Below are positions 1-9,025 of a stretch of DNA of 20,000 bases, one piece after another. The position numbers and the translations under genes were made by a program. This stretch comes from Cirrosporium novae-zelandiae. Its lineage: Eukaryota. Positions within the stretch are counted from its first letter, which is position 1. Each line of letters begins with the position of its first letter. Under the pieces are notes generated by a model. It did not search any database. It was not told the origin of the DNA and saw nothing but the letters and a program-made list of their open reading frames with translations. Location: contig JAPETS010000022.1 of assembly GCA_026023565.1 (NCBI GenBank), forward strand, positions 540,350 to 560,349, written 5' to 3'.

Positions 1-308
1 TGCTATCATAGGATGGGGTGAAGGGAGGGATTGCGAGGTGGTGGGGGGGCGTAGACAATATAATCTCTGAAATCGTTGATATGTATATATAAATATATAC
101 AGTACATACGTATTATAACACAACCCAAGTTATATATCCTATTGTAACACGAGCCCTGTTACTTTTCGCCTAGTTACCTAGGTACCGAGGTAGGTATGCA
201 AAAATTTTGTAACATTGGCTTGCTTTGCCTTTTAACCCTTCTATAATATTAACAATACTGGTATGTGCATCAATTATTACTTACGTTCCGGTTATTAGGG
301 TTAAAACA

Positions 309-1684
309 ATGGCAACGGTTCTGCGGTTTGCCCAACGCCTTCTGCGTCGGGCTCCTTCACCACCCAGACCAAGACAAACGCGCATGGGGTTTCATGTTCT
401 CGACAAAACACAGAAGTTTGAGGAGGAGAATCTTGCATAGTGCACCTGAAAAATTCTATCCAGTTCGCATATGGGATATTTTCTGCGAAAAGTATCAGGT
501 GATTGGCAAACTTGGATATGGTGCATATTCCACAGTCTGGCTATCTCGTCATGCTGGAGCTCAGTGAGTACGAACGCTGCTAGATACCTTTGAGACTACG
601 ACGGCTGCAGGCAATCATATCTGCCTGGTTCATAAGCCTCTCGGTCTACAATTATCTGAATTCCAAGCGCTATGTCCTTCGGGCAAGCTGCCCCAGGATG
701 TTTTGAAACTCATCTTAATTCACATACTTCTCGCTCTTGATTACCTTCATACTGAATGCCATTTGATACACACAGGTGGGCTTCTCAATTTGCAGCGCCA
801 GCACTGAGTCGGACTAATATCTTGTATTGTGATCCTTGGTTTTAATTGCCGCCTCAGATATCCAAGCGAAAATATTCTTTTAGGTATTGATGATGAGACG
901 GTTCTTATAAACTTTGAAGAAGCTGAGGTAAATGATCCAAGTCCGTGCAAGGTCGATGGGGATCGTGTCATCTATATATCCCGGCAGCTTCGTGTCCGAG
1001 GCAGTGTCGGACGCCCGGTGCTATGCGATTTTGGCAAGGCCCGAATTGGGGATAAAGAGTTCGACGATGATATCCAGCCGTACCTATATCGCGCCCCTGA
1101 GGTTATTTTACAAATTCCATGGAACAACAAGGCAGACATATGGAATTTAGGAGTAATGGTACGTCGTTGATACTTTGATATAATGAGTTTCATGCTACCC
1201 AACACCTGCAAAGTGATTTTGGTCGTTACTAACTCCAAAAAGGTTTGGGATCTTGCCCAGAGTAGACATCTTCTTGAAGCTCAAGATGCAAACAACGAGT
1301 GCTCAAATGCACGACACCTCGCCGAGATGATTGCCCGACTTGGTTCCCCTCCAAAATCATTCCTCCAGCGAAGCAAAGTCATAACAAAAATTTTTGATAT
1401 TAATGGTTAGTTTCTGTCATTATGTTATTCCTCCCTCACATTATTATACGAGAACAACGAAAACATCTACAGGTGTATAAATGGGAGCTGATGTGTATCT
1501 TCAAGGTAACTGGAAAGGAGATGTCGAAATACCCTCACTCTCGCTAGAAGAACTCGAGGAGAATCTCGAAGGAGTGGACAAAACTCTCTTCCTGCAATTT
1601 ATGCGTACGATGCTACGATGGGTTCCTGAGGAACGAAAATCTGCTCTCGAACTACTAGAAGATCCCTGGTTAAACTCCCGCTAG
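309..1684 (+). pseudogene. Disrupted SRPK-like (CMGC group) serine/threonine protein kinase, fungal expanded family
   Basis: Inferred exons 309-775, 858-1158, 1243-1405, 1506-1684 (GT-AG introns). Kinase motifs seen: EEENL..FYPVRI.D..YQVIGKLGYGAYSTVWL, VRTLLDTF...HICLVHKPLG, LDYLHTECHLIHTD, LCDFG, YRAPEV, DIWNLGVMVWDL, HLAEMIARLG, MLRWVPEERKSALELLEDPWL. Lesions: TAG at 438-440 plus frame change, in-frame TGA at 565-567, no VAxK/alphaC segment, and a -1 frameshift at ~866-872 in the catalytic loop. Confidence 0.85.
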
Positions 1685-3997
1685 ACAATAACTGCAAGCG
1701 ACGTTGATAACTTGGGATCTCTCAACACATACTTACATTAATTAGCCAAGCCGGAGGACTCTCGAACGCCCTCAATACGAGTTGTGAGATCCATTATTAT
1801 CAGATGGATTTTTTTTGGCAGTAGAATTTACCAAAAGATGACAATCGGCACGCGACCTTTCAAGAAAAGGCTTAACGACCTGATAGGCACATTTACCCCC
1901 TTATCGCAGATCTTAACAATTCTTGAGATAGGTTGAAATTAATTTGGGCAAATTTTGTGTCGACTTAGGACTGAATGATTTTTGCTACCGGTCAGTACAA
2001 ACATGTATTGTGTTTATATGCTTTCTCAATCCAGTCTCCATGTTATCATGTTGATGTATAGTATTATATGTGTTTCATTTCACATAGTCCACGAAATAAA
2101 AGATGCCGAGGGAAATTGAGGCTTTGTTCCTTTTCTTCCCTGTCTTTCTTTCCCTTCTTTTATTTTATTTCCTACAACGTTTAGCTAAAAGGAGTTCCTT
2201 GTGAGCAGTGAGCCATCAGTGATGAACCATTCCGGGTTATCATATCACCGATTTTTTTTTCATAGAAAAGTAACATCAGAATATATATGTCGCAAGGCTG
2301 ATATGGTGTATACATATAGAACAATTCAAAATTCTGCCCAGGTCCCCCCCCCCACGAACGAACCAAGGATAAGTTTTGATTTTTTTTTTTTGTGTATCGC
2401 ATTCCCCCGGGGACACACAGAATGACATTGTCAGTCAGGGCGTGAACAAATTATATCTAGTTATCTATCCTTTGATTAAAAGAATTATATCTAAGTGGGC
2501 TTTTAGGTTCTGAATTTTATAGTAGAAGAAGAAGAGGGGATCAAGAAAGACCACCCACCAGCGAGGGGAGAAGTACATGTATAAGGTTATATAAAGGAGT
2601 TCTTCTTATACTCTTCACCACCACTAACATCGCCACAACCCATAGCCTATATCTATCTATCTATCTATCTATGTAGCTAGCTAGTTAACTAACTAATCAG
2701 TGTTCCACTATCCTCCTCCTCCTTTTCCCTCTTCTTTCTTTTACAGATAGTTCCCATCTATGTATCTATGTATCTATGTATCCATCCCACAATAATACTA
2801 ATACCGAAAAAACCACAACCCTAGCCGTTTTTGCCATCAAAAGATCCAGTACAGTACTTCAACCACCAACCCCCCTTACCTTTTATTTCTTTCCCCTTAT
2901 CCTCCCTCCTTCAACCTCCAACATCCTAAAAAAAAAACCCCCACAGGACGCTTGCATAAGGATTCCATTCCATTCCATTCCCTCGACCACAGGACACAGG
3001 CCACAGGCCACAATTAGCTAGACTAGGTTAGGTTAACTAAAAAAAACGCGATCGTAAGAACTTTTCTTTTTATCTCAATATGGAAGTATTGTCTTGGGAA
3101 GTGAAGTGGGAGGAGAGGAGAGGAGAGGAGAGGAGAGGAGAGGAGAGGAGAGGGAAATGGGAATGGAAGAAAAGGGATAGAGAGAGAGTTAATTACGTAC
3201 GTAAATGATTAACGAGAAATGGTGAGGTAAAGGAACCGTTTATATTATTTATGGAAGGAGGAGGAGGGGAGAAAATGGGAAATACGAAATAGGAAAGAGA
3301 GATATAAGGGGTAGGTAGGTAGGTAGGTAGATAAGGGTATGTATAATCAAATATTTGAGGGACGAGATTTGGATTTGGATTTGGATTTGGGGGGGGACGA
3401 TATTGTTATTAGATATAAAAAGAAAGAAAAAAGGATGGAAGTATTTGGAATGGGATGGGATGGGATGGGATGGGGATGTTAGAGGGAGGGAAGGTACATG
3501 TACAAATAATCTTCTTCTTCTTCTTTGAGCCTACGTCTGCGTCCTCGTCTTGCATCTGTCTGGGGGAGGGAAGGGAGCAGGCAAACAGGTAGGCAACCAA
3601 GGCAGGCAAGGCGGATATAAATAAAGATAAATAAGGATAAATAAAGCATAGGTTATATATATACATACATCCACCGGCATACAAATACAAATCTTTCCTC
3701 CTCCTCCTCCTCTTTTTCTTCTTCTTTACCCCTTTTTTTCCCCTCCCCCCCTTTTTTATAAATTTATTAAATAAATTTCTCAAATATGAAAAAAACACTT
3801 AAGGAAAAAAACGGGTGAGAAAATTAATAAGGATTATGAATTTATTTATTTTTTTTTGATAGAGGGGGTTTTATTAGGGGAAGGAAGTGGAAGGGGGGGG
3901 AAGGGAAAAAAAAAAAAAGAAAGAAAATGTGGGGGTTGGGATTTGGGATTTGGAAGTTTTCAAATGGGGAGAGTGTATAAGGGTGTATTGGATGGGG

Positions 3998-4085
3998 CCG
4001 AGGGTGGTTCGCATGTTTGAATGTGCATTCAACGACATTGGAGAATTAAAGCGAATGCACATTCAAACATACGAACCACCCTCGG
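3998..4085 (-). ncRNA. Long inverted repeat; candidate hairpin RNA (milRNA-precursor-like)
   Basis: Arm 3998-4030 CCGAGGGTGGTTCGCATGTTTGAATGTGCATTC is the reverse complement of arm 4053-4085 GAATGCACATTCAAACATACGAACCACCCTCGG at 32/33 positions, with a 22-nt loop. The mismatch (C4012/A4071) is a G-U pair on the minus strand. The repeat is directly seen; RNA function is inferred. Confidence 0.5.
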
Positions 4086-4403
4086 GCGCATAGGATAAAC
4101 GAAATGAAACCATATATAAAAAAGAAATATATTTCCATTTACCATTTACCATTTACTTTATTTTATTTATTGTAAAGGGGAGTGGGAATAACAAAGGTAG
4201 AAAAAAAAAGGAATAAGGAATAGGGGAAAATAAGGAATAAGGAAAGAAAAGTTGGTTTAGTAGCTACTGTAGACTGTGACGGCTGAGTAAGTGAGGGAGT
4301 AAGTGAGAAAAGGAAGGGAGGGGGGGAGGGAGTGTTTGCTTGTGTTGGTTGTGTTGGTTTTGTTGGACATACCCTTGCCTACCTGCTTATCCTACCTGTG
4401 CCT

Positions 4404-4543
4404 CTAGTCCCATTATGTTGAAAAAAAAAAAGAAGTTAGTTTGTCAGCTGTGGGGGCTGTGTGAGGGGACGAAGTATTTGGTTGAATATACCATTCCCCC
4501 CATCTATCTATCTACCTAGGTACCTACCTAATTACCTACTTAC
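4404..4543 (-). other. Canonical spliceosomal intron outside any recognised protein gene
   Basis: Minus strand: GTAAGT donor at 4543, GCTGAC (4448-4443) and ACTAAC (4440-4435) branch motifs, poly-T tract, TAG acceptor ending at 4404. It is followed by a 31-nt exon and a second donor AGG|GTATGT at 4372. Confidence 0.55.
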
Positions 4544-5216
4544 TTTTTGGTTCCATTGTGGATTGTATTGAAGAAGAAAAAAAAACTTTGTAGATTAAAT
4601 ATTTTCGACTCGATTCGATCATTGTTTCGTAGGGAGCAAGGAGGCAAGGACAATGAAAGCAGAACTATTTATATATATATATTTGGACATATGTGTAGAT
4701 ATATATGTATGTATATATATGCAAAAAAAACCAAATAATGAACATGAACTCCGCATACAAGATGGAGAGATTAGATAGGGATAGGTTTAAAGAGGAAAGA
4801 CCCCTTGAAAACCCCTGCCACACCCTACCATACCCCCCCTAGATTAAACAAAGAACAGAACAGAACCAACTCCATAGCTTAGTTCTAATGCGATAAAATG
4901 GGTATATAATCACGCCAGCCTTCAATCCATTAATCCAATAAGCTGATGCACATCCTTTTCGTAAGGGGTACCCCTATTAATAGGCGAGCGATTTATCGAT
5001 CTCATATGTTGCGTTGTTGAAAAGGGGAGGGGGGGTGAATGTGTTCAACGATGGAAGACGACTGTACAGTGTTTGCCTCGGGAAAGCCATTCTCTCTCTC
5101 CTTCTTCATGTCCTCACCCGTGGAAAATAAACGTTATTTCCTTGCAATCACACATAGCAAAGTGAGAAAATCAGCAAACCCTCAAGCAACCAGGCCTCCA
5201 ATGACCTAGCAAATGT

Positions 5217-5858
5217 TCAAAAAGTAATAGAAAGAAGTCCTAGACCTTTCTTCGCTATTCCCTTCATCAAGAGAATTGGTTTTCTCCGCTGATGTATCTT
5301 ATAGAGATTCCAAAGCCGTGCCAAATTCTCGAGATTGTCAATGAGACCTTTCAAGCGTTTCAGATTCGCTTTGAATTCGGGTTCGGCGAAGATGGCCCAT
5401 TTGAGCCTGACGAAGAGGGGTTGTCGTTGGTGGCTGTGGCTCCGGTTTAAGAGCGTGGAAGTACGAGTACGAACGTGGATTTTTAAGCTGATGGGTGGCC
5501 TCTTCAACTTCTTCTTGTCCGTTGACTTGTTGTACACCTTTTGAATATTGTGGGCATTGGTGAGAAGGGCCTCGACAGCACGTAGTGCCTGGCCGATGGC
5601 GTCCCTTGCTGCCGGATTCTTGAGGCCAGGGTGATTGGCGACTGTGCTCTTAGGATAGTATTCTCCCGCTGGCATAAGACCAACAGACTCGCCCCAGGTG
5701 CGGAATCTTTCTCGTTGGAGTGAGAGGTCAGCGCAGAGCACTTCGTAGTTTTGGTCCAATTTGCGTGTGGTCATAATGATGTCGATGCAGTTAATGCAGG
5801 ACTCGCAGAGGCTGATTAGGCCGACAGCCCCAAGAACAAGGCCGGCTACTTCTGCCAT
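5217..5858 (-). CDS. HeLo (prion-inhibition and propagation, HET-S N-terminal-like) domain protein, 213 aa
   Basis: N-terminal hydrophobic helix MAEVAGLVLGAVGLISLCESCINCI, then NYEVLCADLSLQRERFRTWGESVGL (cf. HET-S DYERCQLRLDIAKVRLSRWGEAV) and C-terminal LKWAIF..EFKANLKRLKGLIDNLENL, typical of HeLo domains. Single-exon ORF; a spliced C-terminal extension cannot be excluded. Confidence 0.85.
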   Translation of the reverse strand: MAEVAGLVLGAVGLISLCESCINCIDIIMTTRKLDQNYEVLCADLSLQRERFRTWGESVGLMPAGEYYPKSTVANHPGLKNPAARDAIGQALRAVEALLTNAHNIQKVYNKSTDKKKLKRPPISLKIHVRTRTSTLLNRSHSHQRQPLFVRLKWAIFAEPEFKANLKRLKGLIDNLENLARLWNLYKIHQRRKPILLMKGIAKKGLGLLSITF

Positions 5859-6486
5859 CGGACAGATATTAAAGGATTAAATGAATAATGGGGACTATAA
5901 AAATAAGTTTAGAGAAGATAATCCCACAAGATCTAGAAATGAATATAAAGAAGGAGAAGAAGAGAAGGAGGAGATCGAGGAAGAAGATGAATTAATAAAA
6001 AAAATGTCCCATTCTGAGCGAGTTTTTTGGGAATCAGATCGAAGGCAGAGCTTCGCCCTGATGTGGCTTGACCAAGGACGAGAAGTTTATGTTTGATCTT
6101 CTACTGTCCCCTTCTCAGCTCAACTTTTCTCGTTTGGAACCTTTAAGTAATCCTGCTGCGCCTGTACCACAATATGAGGGAACTTAAGCGCAGTTTGGCG
6201 TCTACTACATCTTCCAGAATCTTTTTATGCCTTGTTTCATCCTCATACTCCAATACTGCCTTATACAACTAGTATCTCTTGTTCCAGCGACTTTGACTTT
6301 GACCGATTTTACTCTGTGACTTTGCTCCTTGGGTATATTTCTCTTGCGCCCTCTAAACTTCCCTAATGTCCCGTAGGTTTCTAGCTTCCTAGCTATCTCC
6401 TACTACTTTGAGCTTGGGTCACAGGTTCTCGACTAGTCGAGATGTAACAATGTGCAAAAGTAAACGCTGTTGTAAGTGTCATGGCA

Positions 6487-7863
6487 TTATGAAACAGCAT
6501 CGTGCTCTGCCAGTTGCTCATCCCAGGGTACCCAAGTCTGATTTGCATAATTTGCCATACACTTGACAAGAGGTGGTGGGGTCATTTCCCACTCAATCAG
6601 AGGCATCATACCATCCCTCCCTTCACTCTCCACCCAATTAGAGACGTAGCCCTTTGCTGACTTGATCTTACCGGCAGCCTCATCGCTATATTCGAGATTG
6701 ATGCTGGGTACCACAGCAATTTTTCTGTAACCATGATACCATATATCCTTACAAAACAGCCGTGGCTCACCTTGGTAGCATTCCTCATCGTAAGGACCGC
6801 GAAACCTGACCTTCTTGTCAATTAATGGCTTCGCTGTGAACGCAGTAGCACCATTCCAGCAAGAAAATACTTGAAATGGCATGCGAGCGGTGAATCTTTT
6901 ATAAGTCTTGGGATTATTCCAGAATAAATCCCAGGCGGAATTCCAGTTACTATCCTCTGGAATGTTGAAGAATGTATCTCCGTTCATGCCTCGGGCGATC
7001 CAGACATCATAGAAGGTTGGATCACGCCCTACATAGGTCCAATCCATAGCACAAGTCATATCGGCATTCTGATACAAGCGTTGGTGTATAAGCTCTAGGA
7101 TATCTTCCATGCACAGAGACACGTCGTTGAGAAAGAGCACAGTAGTATTTGTTGAGTACTGATCTGGATGGTCAACAAGCGGACGAAGTGCCTGGTTGCG
7201 GAGCTCCGCCAGAGCTTCTACGCGATTACCGATATCATGAGACAACGGATCGATTTCATTGGTGACGAAGAAGTATTTGACGCCAATTGGTTCCATTCTA
7301 TCGCGTAGTAGTCTTAAGATCTCAAATGTTCCATCGTCGGAGCGGCCTTCCACGACCGATAGAGCACAATTATGAGGGCCAAGAAAGCGCATACTTTCGA
7401 CAACGGAACCTAAGAGTCGTGGAAGAAGCTTTGCACATTGATGAAGATCAAGGGCGAAAAAGTACTTCGGTCGCACACTGGGATCGGGTATGGTTGTGGC
7501 ATGGTCTCGAAAATAGTCATAACGGCCGTGACTTGGCGCAGGGCAGGCTAGTCTTGGGAAGAAGTTGTCTTCTGGTGTCGTGATTGCCTTTATGTAGAGA
7601 GGTGCAATTTGGAATAAGGTAGCATTGCCTTGCTTGGGAGGGGTGGAAGGGGAGTTGACAGAATCATTTTCATTTGACTCGGAGTTTGTATTATCCTTTA
7701 GCCCCACTTGTTTCGCGATCGGCAAAACGGCATATTTTAGCCGATCTATCGGGTTTTCACCATTGCCGGAAATATATAAGATTCTACCCAAATCAGTAAA
7801 TAAAGATAAATATACAAGAAATAGGAATACAGTCTGTAAAGAAACAATAATCTTTCGTCTCAT
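6487..7863 (-). CDS. CMT1: Alpha-1,3-mannosyltransferase, CAP59/CMT1 family (GT69), type II membrane protein, 458 aa
   Basis: ATG at 7863 (MRRKII + TM anchor). Motifs: KYFFALDLHQC..LLPRLLGSVVE, ALSVVEGRSDDGT, LAELRNQALRPL, LFLNDV..C.EDILEL, CAMDW, FYDVWIARGMNGD, PFQVFSCWNG, GEP.LFCKD. Intronless. Confidence 0.92.
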   Translation of the reverse strand: MRRKIIVSLQTVFLFLVYLSLFTDLGRILYISGNGENPIDRLKYAVLPIAKQVGLKDNTNSESNENDSVNSPSTPPKQGNATLFQIAPLYIKAITTPEDNFFPRLACPAPSHGRYDYFRDHATTIPDPSVRPKYFFALDLHQCAKLLPRLLGSVVESMRFLGPHNCALSVVEGRSDDGTFEILRLLRDRMEPIGVKYFFVTNEIDPLSHDIGNRVEALAELRNQALRPLVDHPDQYSTNTTVLFLNDVSLCMEDILELIHQRLYQNADMTCAMDWTYVGRDPTFYDVWIARGMNGDTFFNIPEDSNWNSAWDLFWNNPKTYKRFTARMPFQVFSCWNGATAFTAKPLIDKKVRFRGPYDEECYQGEPRLFCKDIWYHGYRKIAVVPSINLEYSDEAAGKIKSAKGYVSNWVESEGRDGMMPLIEWEMTPPPLVKCMANYANQTWVPWDEQLAEHDAVS

Positions 7864-9025
7864 TCTTGTCAACCTAGATTGAGAATTAAAGCATAGTGTT
7901 ATTATCCCAAGGTAACCCGTTCTCCCTTTCTATATTTTACTACTGAAATATAATAATGAACTTATTCTCTTTCACATTTGCTTCCATCATCTATTTCCTG
8001 TTTTTGTCGCTATTCTTTGTTATCGATGGCCATACCTTTGTTATGGCCGGTTCTCAGTCTCCCTGGTGGCAAAACCAACCTCAAATTCTTTCTTTGACCT
8101 TCAGCGACAGCAGCCTACCTCTTATCCGTCGACATGCAGATACACATCCGGAAATCTGACCAAGCCGAGGATCACACAACCAGGTTACAACTACGCATCG
8201 ACTATAACTTCTGCAACGGACGACCGTCTGGCAGGAAACTATATGGACTCGTATGCTTGCATTTCTAGGTGCGACATCTTTAACAACGACTCCAAGTCAT
8301 CTACACCATCATCCACGCCTGTAAATCAATCAGGACTCATCCAAAACCACATTAATTATCTCATTTATAAACGCCTTATCTGCATCATTCTCAAGCATAC
8401 ATCCTATAAGTAAACTATATTCTCCATATACCGTCGACCCCTAAATTTTACTGTCAACAACCTGGAGGGAAATGAAAGTCATTGGATCTAAGCGAGAGCT
8501 CCCTCAACACCAACAACCACTAACCAGTATCGGGAATCTAGGATTTCTTCTCTACCCCATTATGAAGAACGAGGCATTAAACCACAGGCAGCGTAACAAA
8601 AAATAATTATATAGATAATAATAACAGGCTAAATAAAGGTACTATAATAACAATAGAATCGTGTACTAGACGCCAGAGATAATGATAACTTAGGCAAGTT
8701 CAAAAGTCGAATGCTAACCTAAATAACTAGGCAGTGTTCCTCATAAAGCATTGTGCCGCACGCCAAGCATACCAAGCGTAAGCCTCATTGTCAAGGCTTG
8801 GCATGGCTTTAAATCTCTGTAGCATGGCAGGAATCGGATCTGCGGTGCTGTTTATGTCGTGGAAAAGGCCATTCAAATCTAGCCGAATTTTGATCGTCAG
8901 CCTTCAAATGGTAGGCCCCCAGGTTATTGAGGTATTCCATGGCGGCATGCTTCACTGAAAATGGTCCAATCGACAGAGGGTTCATTGCAGATACCAAGGC
9001 CATGTCACTTCAACTTCAACCCCCT

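Larger units (their letters stand above)
2640..4700. repeat. Microsatellite/low-complexity-rich non-coding region
   Basis: (ATCT)5 at 2651-2670, (CATTC)n ~2963-2980, (AGGAG)8 at 3111-3150, (GTAG)n ~3310-3330, (GGATTT)n ~3366-3390, (GGGAT)n ~3450-3470, (CCT)n ~3698-3712, (TA)n ~4670-4682, and many poly-A/T/G runs. ORFs here are low-complexity. Confidence 0.9.

Noticed and set aside
295..303. TTAGGGTTA telomere-like/template-like 9-mer
   Set aside because: Single 1.5-unit copy in the kinase 5' leader; compatible with chance.
438..567. RIP as the cause of kinase inactivation
   Set aside because: Most lesions are indels/deletions; one possible TGG>TAG change is insufficient and no duplicate is present in the window.
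2289..2301. 13-nt match GTCGCAAGGCTGA to conserved 18S rRNA (antisense on minus, near yeast Gm1126)
   Set aside because: No D/D' box at the required spacing and no box C on the minus strand; 13-mer matches to rRNA are expected by chance in 20 kb.
3409..3798. 129-aa minus ORF and other ORFs in 2181-4738
   Set aside because: Translations of homopolymers and microsatellites; several have non-ATG starts; no motifs.
3998..4085. MITE interpretation of the inverted repeat
   Set aside because: No target-site duplication, no recognisable TIR end motif, only 22 nt internal and no second copy in the window; not fully excluded without a genome search.
2100..4900. Telomerase RNA gene (long non-coding region of similar size to Pezizomycotina TER)
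   Set aside because: No TAACCCTAA-type template on either strand in this region, and no pseudoknot or P6/P6.1 that I could identify.
5365..5560. Partial resemblance of the hairpin arm to the HeLo CDS (TTCGC-TTTGAAT; TTTGAAT..GCATT)
   Set aside because: Only short gapped matches; not a credible small-RNA target site.
5881..6096. Acidic 71-aa plus ORF
   Set aside because: It is the antisense of the pyrimidine-rich leader/promoter of the HeLo gene.
7864..7872. ORF-track starts at 7872, 10418, 14679 and 225
   Set aside because: These are TTG/GTG starts; ATG starts at 7863, 10361, 14423 and 309 fit the eukaryotic gene models better.
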